DNA of 38,734 nt from an uncultured Anaerolineales bacterium (GTDB lineage Bacteria; Chloroflexota; Anaerolineae; Anaerolineales; UBA11858). The first letter of the stretch is position 1. Every line of letters begins with the position of its first letter. Positions 1-6,589 of this stretch are shown here, one piece after another. A program made the position numbers and the translations under genes. The stretch covers positions 1,563 to 40,296 of the forward strand of contig CAZJBA010000003.1 in assembly GCA_964544065.1 (NCBI GenBank), given 5' to 3'. Below the pieces are notes generated by a model. It did not search any database and was not told the origin of the DNA. It was given only the letters and a program-made list of their open reading frames with translations.

Positions 1-1151
1 TCGCCGGTGACCGCGTTGATCCGGGTAATCGCGGCCTCGAATGGCTCCACCTCGTGAAGCAGCGCTTCGATCCCGACGATTCCCGCCACGGAAAGGTTTG
101 TCTCGAAGCGCCGCGCCAGCGTGCCCACGTAGTTGCCCTTGGCCGCTTCCAGTTCTTCGGCGGTGATGCCCTGCTGGCGCAGATCGAGCCAACCATCCAG
201 AATCTCGTCCTGGACGCCGGTCTGATCCTCGGCGTCACAGGCCGCGTGGACAGCCAGAAAACCGGCATCTTCGTATACCGATGAGACCGCGTTGAGGTTG
301 TAAACTAAGCCCAGTTCCTGGCGGAGACGGCGATACAAGCGCCCGCTTGCGCCCATGCCTAGGACGAGTTCGATGATCTTCAGCGCACTGCGGTGGGGGT
401 GTTTCAAGCCCACGGTGGGCACGCCCAGCAGCAGGTAGGTTTGCTCGCTTTTCCTGGCGAGATGGCCGCCGCGCGGCTGCCGGATGGGGGCTTCATCGAC
501 GGGCGTTGGGGGCTGCTCCAGGCCGGAGGGAAGATCGGCGAAACTATCTCCGGCGAGTGACATGGCTTCATCCGGAGCGACATCGCCGCAGATGGCCAGC
601 ACGGCGTTGCCACCGACGAATCGTTGTCGATGGAAGCCGCGCACCTGCTCGACGCTGGCGTCCCGCACCCCCGCGGGGGTGCCAATCACCGGGTTGCGGA
701 GCGGATTGTCTTGCCAAAGGTGTTGGATGAAATGGTCGTACAACGCCCCACTGCGGTCATGGGAAGCGCTCATTTCTTGAAGGACAACTAGTTTTTCTTT
801 GCGAAACGTCTCAGGATTGAACGCCGGTCGGATGGCGATGTCGGCCAGGCAAGATAATGCTACGGGAAGGTGTTCGGCCAGGGTGACGGTATGCAAAGAG
901 AGATATTCTCGCGTGGTGTGCGCGTTGATCTCGCCGCCGCGCGCTTCAATCACTGCGAAGATTTCTCCTGCACGTCGATCGGTGCTCCCCTGAAAAAGCA
1001 TGTGCTCTAATAGATGCGCCAGGCCGGGATGTTCCCCGTCGTAACGGCTTCCGGCGCGCAAGAACAACCGGGCTGCGACGGTGCGCGTCCCCGGGCGGGG
1101 GATGGTGATTACACGGAGGCCGTTAAAGATTGTTTCGGGATGAAGTTTCAC
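1..1151 (-). CDS. M16 (pitrilysin/insulinase) family zinc peptidase; C-terminal part lies beyond the left window edge
   Basis: Absent from the ORF track because it runs off the edge. Reverse-strand translation from GTG at 1151 reads MKLHPETIFNGLRVITIPRPGTRTVAARLFLRAGSRYDGEHPGLAHLLEHMLFQGSTDRRAGEIF... It stays open for about 383 codons to position 1. It has the inverted zinc motif HxxEH (HLLEH) and the NGLRV N-terminus typical of M16. Confidence 0.85.
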   Translation of the reverse strand, partial: MKLHPETIFNGLRVITIPRPGTRTVAARLFLRAGSRYDGEHPGLAHLLEHMLFQGSTDRRAGEIFAVIEARGGEINAHTTREYLSLHTVTLAEHLPVALSCLADIAIRPAFNPETFRKEKLVVLQEMSASHDRSGALYDHFIQHLWQDNPLRNPVIGTPAGVRDASVEQVRGFHRQRFVGGNAVLAICGDVAPDEAMSLAGDSFADLPSGLEQPPTPVDEAPIRQPRGGHLARKSEQTYLLLGVPTVGLKHPHRSALKIIELVLGMGASGRLYRRLRQELGLVYNLNAVSSVYEDAGFLAVHAACDAEDQTGVQDEILDGWLDLRQQGITAEELEAAKGNYVGTLARRFETNLSVAGIVGIEALLHEVEPFEAAITRINAVTG

Positions 1152-1167
1152 ATGCCTTGGTAGATGG

Positions 1168-1313
1168 TGAGTTAGTGGATTAGGGATCAGGAATCAGTGG
1201 ATCAGTGGATCAGTGGACCAGGAATCAGTGGGCCAGTGTTCCCAGTTTCCCGATCCCTGATACCTGATACTCTGATTCCTGATTTCCTGCTCCCTGATTC
1301 CCTGATACCTGAC
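1168..1313. repeat. Two opposed arrays of a 7-8 nt unit: about 9 x [T]GGATCAG-like units (1168-1236), then 8 x CTGAT[A/T]CC-like units (1257-1313)
   Basis: Direct reading. ATCAG-type units end at 1190, 1197, 1205, 1213, (1221), 1228, (1236). CTGAT-type units start at 1257, 1264, 1272, 1279, (1287), 1294, 1302, (1309). The two arrays are reverse complements of each other; for example GGAATCAG at 1190-1197 and 1221-1228 matches CTGATTCC at 1294-1301 and 1272-1279. The region fills the whole gap between the stop at 1314 and the M16 start at 1151. Confidence 0.9.
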
Positions 1314-1751
1314 TTACAACAACCCAGACTTACTAATCCTCTCATCCAGGTCAGTCATCCAATTCTCCAGGTTTTCGGGCTCCATCTCTTTGAGCGCGGC
1401 GATCTCAGCGGGGGTGAGTTGAAAACCAGCCTGCTGCAAAGTCGATTCTGGCGCGGCGAAGAAATTGGTTCGAAAATCCTCGTCGCCGATGAGGCGCTTG
1501 ATCACCTCCTGGATACGATCACTGATCGTCGCTTTGGGGCCGGAGAGTTCGGCCATGGCCAGGTTGCGGATGCGGGTGGCCAATCCCGGCGAGGGTTCGG
1601 CCTGGGCGGTGGCGTCCAGTTTGGCGACAGTTTGGAGCAGCGGGGCCAGCTTCCCTGCCTCGGCAGGGTCGATTTGTTCCCCGGCCAAGAGTCGATCGGT
1701 CAGTTCGGCAAATCGTTCCGCTTTTCGGGCTTGATCGTCTTTTTTGGTCAT
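1314..1751 (-). CDS. Hypothetical 145-aa soluble protein at the position where an anti-sigma factor is expected; its C-terminus resembles NHLP/Nif11-type leader peptides
   Basis: ORF track. ATG at 1751 with AGAGG 8 nt upstream, 55 nt downstream of the ECF sigma gene. No hydrophobic segment and no HxxxCxxC motif. The segment DEDFRTNFFAAPESTLQQAGFQLTPAEIAALKEM resembles the D-x-x-FR...P...L...G..L motif of NHLP leaders, recalled from memory. Confidence 0.7.
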   Translation of the reverse strand: MTKKDDQARKAERFAELTDRLLAGEQIDPAEAGKLAPLLQTVAKLDATAQAEPSPGLATRIRNLAMAELSGPKATISDRIQEVIKRLIGDEDFRTNFFAAPESTLQQAGFQLTPAEIAALKEMEPENLENWMTDLDERISKSGLL

Positions 1752-1806
1752 CTTAGGAACCTCTGTTTACGAACATAGTCTTGTCTACCAATTTGGTCGT
1801 CGAGAA

Positions 1807-2361
1807 TCAGTGAAAAGTAACATCATCTTGCAAGGTCTCGACCTTTTCTTGACAACTCTCGATGGCTCGATAGAAGCGCATCTTGGCGGCAGCGAGACTG
1901 ATATCGAGGTAACCGGCAATCTCTTTGAAGGGGAGGCCATCCGCAATCCGAAGCAGGATGACCTCGCGGTGGCTCTCGGGCAGGGCCCGTAGAGCTTCGC
2001 GGAGGAACATCTGGTCGGCGACGGCGTCAAAGGGGTTTTCCGCTGCCGGTTCGGGGACATCCTCGAGAGGGATCTTTTCGACCGTGCGAGATCGCTTGCG
2101 GTAGAAATCGGCCACCCGGCGTTTGACGATTCGATACACCCATGTAGAGAAGGAGGATCGCCCGCCAAAACTGTCCAGGGAGTGGGCAATCGAGATGAAA
2201 ATCTCCTGGGTGACATCATCGGCCGCATCGCGAGGGACCAGGCTGCAAACCCGTCCGAACACCTTGGGAAAATAATAATCGTAAATTTGACCGAAAGCGG
2301 CCTGTTCTCCCTGTTGAGCCGCTGCGATCAGCGTCTGTTCGTTCTCAAGTTGCCAGGTCAT
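1807..2361 (-). CDS. ECF-type RNA polymerase sigma-70 family factor
   Basis: Region 2 (DAADDVTQEIFISIAHSLDSF...FSTWVYRIVKRRVADFYRK) and region 4 (LPESHREVILLRIADGLPFKEIAGYLDISLAAAKMRFYRA) are recognisable. I prefer ATG 2361 (GGAAGGA 7 nt upstream) over the TTG at 2382. It overlaps the 3' end of the M50 gene by 17 nt. Confidence 0.9.
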   Translation of the reverse strand: MTWQLENEQTLIAAAQQGEQAAFGQIYDYYFPKVFGRVCSLVPRDAADDVTQEIFISIAHSLDSFGGRSSFSTWVYRIVKRRVADFYRKRSRTVEKIPLEDVPEPAAENPFDAVADQMFLREALRALPESHREVILLRIADGLPFKEIAGYLDISLAAAKMRFYRAIESCQEKVETLQDDVTFH

Positions 2362-3853
2362 AAAGATTCCTTCCCAGGGCAAGCAGCGTGGTTCCCACAG
2401 TCAAAGCAGTCCAAATCAGAGCTAGCAGTCCGTAGATTACGTATATTGTATCATCTCGGCGGAATGTTTCACGTTGAGAGAGTTTTTTCCACAGGCCTCG
2501 GCGGATGAATTTGAACGCCCGGCCCCGCAGCATGGGCATCTCCAGCCAGTCCATCAGCAGGTAGTAGCCATCCAGGCGAAGCAAGGGATTGAGGTTGATC
2601 AAAGCGAGCAGCAGATTGACAAACGCAAATTGAAACGCCAGCCCGGCGACCGGTTGGAGCGGGAGAAGCAGCGCGATCAGGCTGGCCAATCCGGCCAGAA
2701 AAAAGCTTGAGTAGGGCCCGGCCCAGGAGACCAGCAGGCGCGGGCGGCGCGGTTCCATCCAGATGTCGGTGGTGTCGACGAAAAAAGCGGGCATGCCCCA
2801 ATAGAACAGAAACCCGGCCCGGCGCACCTCCCGGCCAAAGTGTTTGCAAGTCAGTGCATGAGCGGATTCGTGTAGCAGGATGGCGAAGAATTGACTGACA
2901 TACAACCCCAGCAATCCCATCGACAGGCCACCGATCCCCGCGCTGAGAATCGAAGAACCGCCGTCGAGGAGCAAGATTCCAAAGCCGACCAGTCCGGCCA
3001 GGGCGATCAGGAAGATCAAAATCTGAGCCGGGAGCGTGAAGGCCAGAAAGCCGCCCGCCCGATAGAGGCTGGCGACAAACGAATCGATCCCCTCGAACGA
3101 AAAAGTGGTTTGGCGGAAGGTTTGGAGTAATTTTGCTCCTGCCCGTTTGAACCGGCCTTGGCCCAGGCTTTGGGCCGTGTGCTCGTACAGGTCCCTGTGC
3201 TCGCCAACCAGGAAACCCTTTTCTTGCAATTGCTCCAGAAAAGTGAGCAATTGCTCCACGGCCAGGGATTGGTAGCGGGCAAAATAGGCAACCGCGATAT
3301 CCTCGACGGAGTGCTCGCCGTCCATCAGGTTCCACAGGAAAACCTGCTCCTCGCTGAGGCGCAGATACGTTCCCAGGCGGGTGTTCTTAAGGATGTAATA
3401 CGATTGGCCGCCGCCGGTTGACAGCGGCTTCAGAGCCCAACCCAGGCGGCGGGTGGGCTTGCGTTGAGTCAGGGCACCGGATTGGGCTGCGGCGTGCCAC
3501 AAGCTGCTCTCGGTTGGGGCCAAGACGAGAGTCTCATCATCGAGTTGGTCCCACAGGCCCAGGGCTTGGCGCTGCGGCAACCTCGCCACTTGAAGTGCAT
3601 GCCACAAATCGTGTTCCGGTCGGATGATCAAGGTTTCATCGTTCAGTTCGGCCCAGATGTCGCCCCCTTGCTCGGTGATGACCAGCGTTTCGCCCCCAAC
3701 CTGTTCCCACAAACCGCCGGGACGCTCGCCCAGCGCCGTCCAGAGATGCAGGTCATCGTGATCCAGAACCCGGACCGGCTCCCGAACGACCTGCCGCCAG
3801 ATTCCACCGGCCTCACCCTGGCCGGATACCCGCGCCCAGACGCCTTTGTCCAC
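2345..3853 (-). CDS. M50 (site-2 protease) family membrane metalloprotease with an N-terminal Trp-repeat region and a PqqD/RRE-like domain
   Basis: HExxH (LLHESAHAL, nt 2858-2872). NLNPLLRLDGYY motif in a later TM helix. Several hydrophobic helices. Residues ~150-216 (SYYILKNTRLGTYLRLSEEQVFLWNLMDGEHSVEDIAVAYFARYQSLAVEQLLTFLEQLQEKGFL) look like a PqqD-family domain. GTG start 2 nt after the FHA gene stop. Confidence 0.85.
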   Translation of the reverse strand: MDKGVWARVSGQGEAGGIWRQVVREPVRVLDHDDLHLWTALGERPGGLWEQVGGETLVITEQGGDIWAELNDETLIIRPEHDLWHALQVARLPQRQALGLWDQLDDETLVLAPTESSLWHAAAQSGALTQRKPTRRLGWALKPLSTGGGQSYYILKNTRLGTYLRLSEEQVFLWNLMDGEHSVEDIAVAYFARYQSLAVEQLLTFLEQLQEKGFLVGEHRDLYEHTAQSLGQGRFKRAGAKLLQTFRQTTFSFEGIDSFVASLYRAGGFLAFTLPAQILIFLIALAGLVGFGILLLDGGSSILSAGIGGLSMGLLGLYVSQFFAILLHESAHALTCKHFGREVRRAGFLFYWGMPAFFVDTTDIWMEPRRPRLLVSWAGPYSSFFLAGLASLIALLLPLQPVAGLAFQFAFVNLLLALINLNPLLRLDGYYLLMDWLEMPMLRGRAFKFIRRGLWKKLSQRETFRRDDTIYVIYGLLALIWTALTVGTTLLALGRNLYDLAT

Positions 3854-3855
3854 GC

Positions 3856-4527
3856 TCAGTCCCTACCCTGGCAAAAGACCAAAACACCATGGCCGAAAAC
3901 GAGTTCGTCGCCGTCGGTCAGCTTGTGCGTCACACTGAGTCGCTCCCCGTTGACGAGGGTGCCGTTGGCGCTGCCCAGATCGCTGAGCAGATAGCCCTTC
4001 CCTTGGCGGACGATCTCGGCATGGGGGCGGGAAACAGCCCGGTCTTGCAGGTTGATGTCCCACTTGTCGCCGCGTCCGGCCCGCCCGACGACCGTTTTCG
4101 CCTTGACCAGATCGAAGCGCGTGCCCCGGCCTGGCCCTGTGCGGATTTCCAGATACGGATGGGCGGCCAGATTGGGGACGATTTTTGTGGGACGGGATTC
4201 CGCCGGGGGCGCGGAGTCCTCTTCCGAGGGAGTCTGAACCTCGAAGCGGATGGTCACCGGCCCGATTTGAAGTTGATCCCCCTGGTGAAGCGGGCGCGTG
4301 CTCTCCAGCCGTTCGCCGTTGAGCAGGGTGCCGTTGTAGCTGCCCAAATCCGAAATTAGAAACGCGTCCCCGTCAAAATAGATCTCCGCATGTTGGCGGG
4401 AGACGCGCTCATCGAGAATGGTGATGTCACAATCCCTGCTCCGCCCAATCACAAAGAGGTCTTTTTCGAGGGAAAGACGATGTTCCTGGCCAGGCGGAAA
4501 TTGCCAGTGGAGGTGAGCGGCTGGCAT
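3856..4527 (-). CDS. Tandem FHA-domain protein (two forkhead-associated domains)
   Basis: Two copies of the FHA signature: FVIGRSRDCDITILDERVSRQHAEIYFDGDAFLISDLGSYNGTLLNGERL and VVGRAGRGDKWDINLQDRAVSRPHAEIVRQGKGYLLSDLGSANGTLVNGERL. The ATG at 4527 overlaps the TGA of the upstream gene (TGATG). Confidence 0.9.
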   Translation of the reverse strand: MPAAHLHWQFPPGQEHRLSLEKDLFVIGRSRDCDITILDERVSRQHAEIYFDGDAFLISDLGSYNGTLLNGERLESTRPLHQGDQLQIGPVTIRFEVQTPSEEDSAPPAESRPTKIVPNLAAHPYLEIRTGPGRGTRFDLVKAKTVVGRAGRGDKWDINLQDRAVSRPHAEIVRQGKGYLLSDLGSANGTLVNGERLSVTHKLTDGDELVFGHGVLVFCQGRD

Positions 4528-4754
4528 CAGTCCAGGTAAGGTGTTTCCAACGGTTCGGGCTGCGGCTTACAAATCCCGCAAAAGATGGCATCGGCGACGA
4601 CCAGCGACTTGAGCACTTGTTTGCTGGTGCTGGGGTACACGCTGACGATGTAGTTCATCGTTTGGGCGTGTTCTTTGCACACACCGCGGCCGCAAAAGCG
4701 GCAAACGGCATCAGCGGTCTGGCTGCACTTCCAACAGTTCATCATGCGTTCCAT
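4527..4754 (-). CDS. Small Cys-rich zinc-ribbon protein (DUF2180-like), 75 aa
   Basis: I use the internal ATG at 4754 of ORF 4527..4952 (MERMMNCWKCSQTADAVCRFCGRGVCKEHA...FCGICKPQPEP). The longer N-terminus would overlap the cytochrome c gene and is Arg-rich junk. It has CxxC...CxxC...C..H...CxxC spacing. The family call is from memory. Confidence 0.55.
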   Translation of the reverse strand: MERMMNCWKCSQTADAVCRFCGRGVCKEHAQTMNYIVSVYPSTSKQVLKSLVVADAIFCGICKPQPEPLETPYLD

Positions 4755-4756
4755 TT

Positions 4757-5215
4757 CTATTCCGGTTCGGATTGAATGAAGGCCACCAAGGCTTCGATCT
4801 CTTCGGTGGAGAGTTTGTCTTCGAAAGATGGCATGCCGCCGCGGCCACTGGTGATGGTATCGATGTAAACGGAAGCTTCTTCGGTTAAGGTGTCTGGCAA
4901 CAGGGCCGGGCCGCGCCCGCCGGTACGATTGGTTCCATGGCATTTGGCGCAATTCTGCTGGAACAATTCTTCGGCTGCCACCGCTTCAGCCGGAGCTTCT
5001 TCTTCGGCGGTAGGCTCTACTTCCTCTTCTGTGGGTTCGGCTTCTTCTTCGCTGGTTTCTTCAACGGGTTCCTCCGTCGGCGCGGCGGTAGGTTCGGCTT
5101 CTTCCTCCACAGCGGGCTGCTCGGCAGGCGTTTCGGCCTCGCCACCTGCACAGGCTACGAGCATAAAACTCAAGGTGACGAGAAGAACGATCCAAATCAG
5201 CTTTTTACGAAACAT
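4757..5215 (-). CDS. Lipoprotein-type monohaem c-type cytochrome with an E/P/T/A-rich linker
   Basis: ATG 5215 with GGAGG 5 nt upstream. Signal peptide plus lipobox (MFRKKLIWIVLLVTLSFMLVAC). CxxCH haem motif (CAKCHG). Distal Met region (GGMPSF). Confidence 0.85.
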   Translation of the reverse strand: MFRKKLIWIVLLVTLSFMLVACAGGEAETPAEQPAVEEEAEPTAAPTEEPVEETSEEEAEPTEEEVEPTAEEEAPAEAVAAEELFQQNCAKCHGTNRTGGRGPALLPDTLTEEASVYIDTITSGRGGMPSFEDKLSTEEIEALVAFIQSEPE

Positions 5216-5253
5216 GATTACCTCCAAAACGGATAAGTTTAATTATAAACGAT

Positions 5254-6459
5254 TCAGCCGGTTATCAATCTACCTCCTTGAATCTGCCAGGTGGTCGCGT
5301 CTTGGACGAATCCCGGAGAGAAGAGATCCAGGTCGGTGGTGGTCAGCAGCACCTGTTCGATATCGTTGAGACGTGCGAGCAGGTCTACCCGACGCTGATT
5401 GTCCAACTCGGCAAGGACCTCATCCAGCAAGAGCACGGGCCAGAAGCCGGATTTTTCCTTGATCCAGTTGACTTCGGCAATTTTGAGAGCCAGCAACGTC
5501 GTCCGGATTTGGCCGCGTGAACCATAGGTGCCCAGGTCGATGCCGTTGCCCAAAAAATGGAGTTCATCGCGGTGAGGGCCAATCGTGGTCACGCCGCGGC
5601 GAATCTCTTCTTGTCGCAGTTCAATCAAAGCCTGCCGGAACCCCTCGGCAATCTCTTCCCGCGAGAAATTAGCGCGGTCGATGGGAGCATCCAGGGGCAG
5701 GGCGATTTGATTCTTGGGAGGTTGGTAAGGGTCATAAGCGGGACGATAGATCAGGCGAAGCACTTCTTCGCCGCGGGTAAGTTCGTGATGAACCAGGGCG
5801 GCCTGATGTTCGAGTTCTCGGATGGCGTGGATGCGCGCCGCGATGATCTTGGCTCCGGCCTGGGCGATTTGTTCATCCCAATAATCGAGTTGGCCCGGGT
5901 CGCCCCCTTGTTCGGCCAACATTTTGAGCAGCGCGTTGCGCTGGCTCGTCGCTTTATCATAGGCGGACAACGCCGCGGTATAAGGGGCGTCAATCTGTGA
6001 AATGGCCAAGTCAAGATAACGGCGCCGCTCTGAGGGCGACCCGTCGATGATGCTCAGCATCCGGGGCAGGAAAAGCACGGCATTGAAATGACCGATGGAC
6101 TCATTGATCGTGGTTTGAACATCATCCAGAAGCACTTCTTTCCGCACGCGGGTGGAATTACCTCTGCCGTTGGATTGCTGAATGATGCGCGTCTCCAAGC
6201 GATGCGACTTGTCCCCGCGCTGGTAGTCGGCCATAATCCGCCCGACAGCCAAGGGTTCGCGTCTGGCAATAAAATTAAGCATCTCACGGTTGTGGCTGGC
6301 TTGAAACGACGTAAACGTCGAAATGAAATAAATTGATTCTAGTAAACTGGTTTTCCCTTGAGCATTATCCCCAACAATCAAGAGAACGCCGGCAGGTACA
6401 TCGACGTCCAGGCGAGTGAAATTGCGAAAATTGGTCAGCGATAGGTGAGATAATTGCAT
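5254..6459 (-). CDS. recF: DNA replication and repair protein RecF
   Basis: N-terminus MQLSHLSLTNFRNFTRLDVDVPAGVLLIVGDNAQGKTSLLESIYF (Walker A). C-terminal LLLDEVLAELD signature. Length 401 aa. Confidence 0.95.
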   Translation of the reverse strand: MQLSHLSLTNFRNFTRLDVDVPAGVLLIVGDNAQGKTSLLESIYFISTFTSFQASHNREMLNFIARREPLAVGRIMADYQRGDKSHRLETRIIQQSNGRGNSTRVRKEVLLDDVQTTINESIGHFNAVLFLPRMLSIIDGSPSERRRYLDLAISQIDAPYTAALSAYDKATSQRNALLKMLAEQGGDPGQLDYWDEQIAQAGAKIIAARIHAIRELEHQAALVHHELTRGEEVLRLIYRPAYDPYQPPKNQIALPLDAPIDRANFSREEIAEGFRQALIELRQEEIRRGVTTIGPHRDELHFLGNGIDLGTYGSRGQIRTTLLALKIAEVNWIKEKSGFWPVLLLDEVLAELDNQRRVDLLARLNDIEQVLLTTTDLDLFSPGFVQDATTWQIQGGRLITG

Positions 6460-6483
6460 AGGCTGTCTAGAAAGTTCTCAGGC

Positions 6484-6574
6484 ATCTTCTCAACAAAGCG
6501 GGGACGAACGTTGTTCCTGAGGGCAAAACGAACAGATAGCAAATCCTGACGAAGGAACGGTATTCGTTTTCCCC
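6484..6574. repeat. Copy A of a ~90-nt structured intergenic element (22-nt TCTTCTCAA..CGGGG motif plus a 15-bp-arm hairpin)
   Basis: About 80-85% identical by eye to 10655-10746. Arms are 6504-6518 ACGAACGTTGTTCCT and 6553-6567 AGGAACGGTATTCGT. It lies between the cNMP-protein stop (6590) and the recF start (6459). Confidence 0.8.
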
Positions 6575-6589
6575 AAGTCGAAAATGGGC

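Noticed and set aside
2469-3335. 288-aa minus-strand ORF. Similar long shadow ORFs occur at 33182..33847, 35297..35983, 19065..19757, 27480..28052 and 15731..16213
   Set aside because: All are alternative-frame or antisense ORFs within genes that have strong family signatures (M50, xpt/guaA, trmD, mutS2, rodZ, SulP). Their compositions are dominated by R/P/G/H.
4755-4952. N-terminal 66-aa extension of ORF 4527..4952
   Set aside because: It overlaps the 3' end of the cytochrome c gene in another frame and is Arg/His-rich. The internal ATG at 4754 lies 2 nt after the cytochrome c stop and starts directly at the Cys-rich domain.
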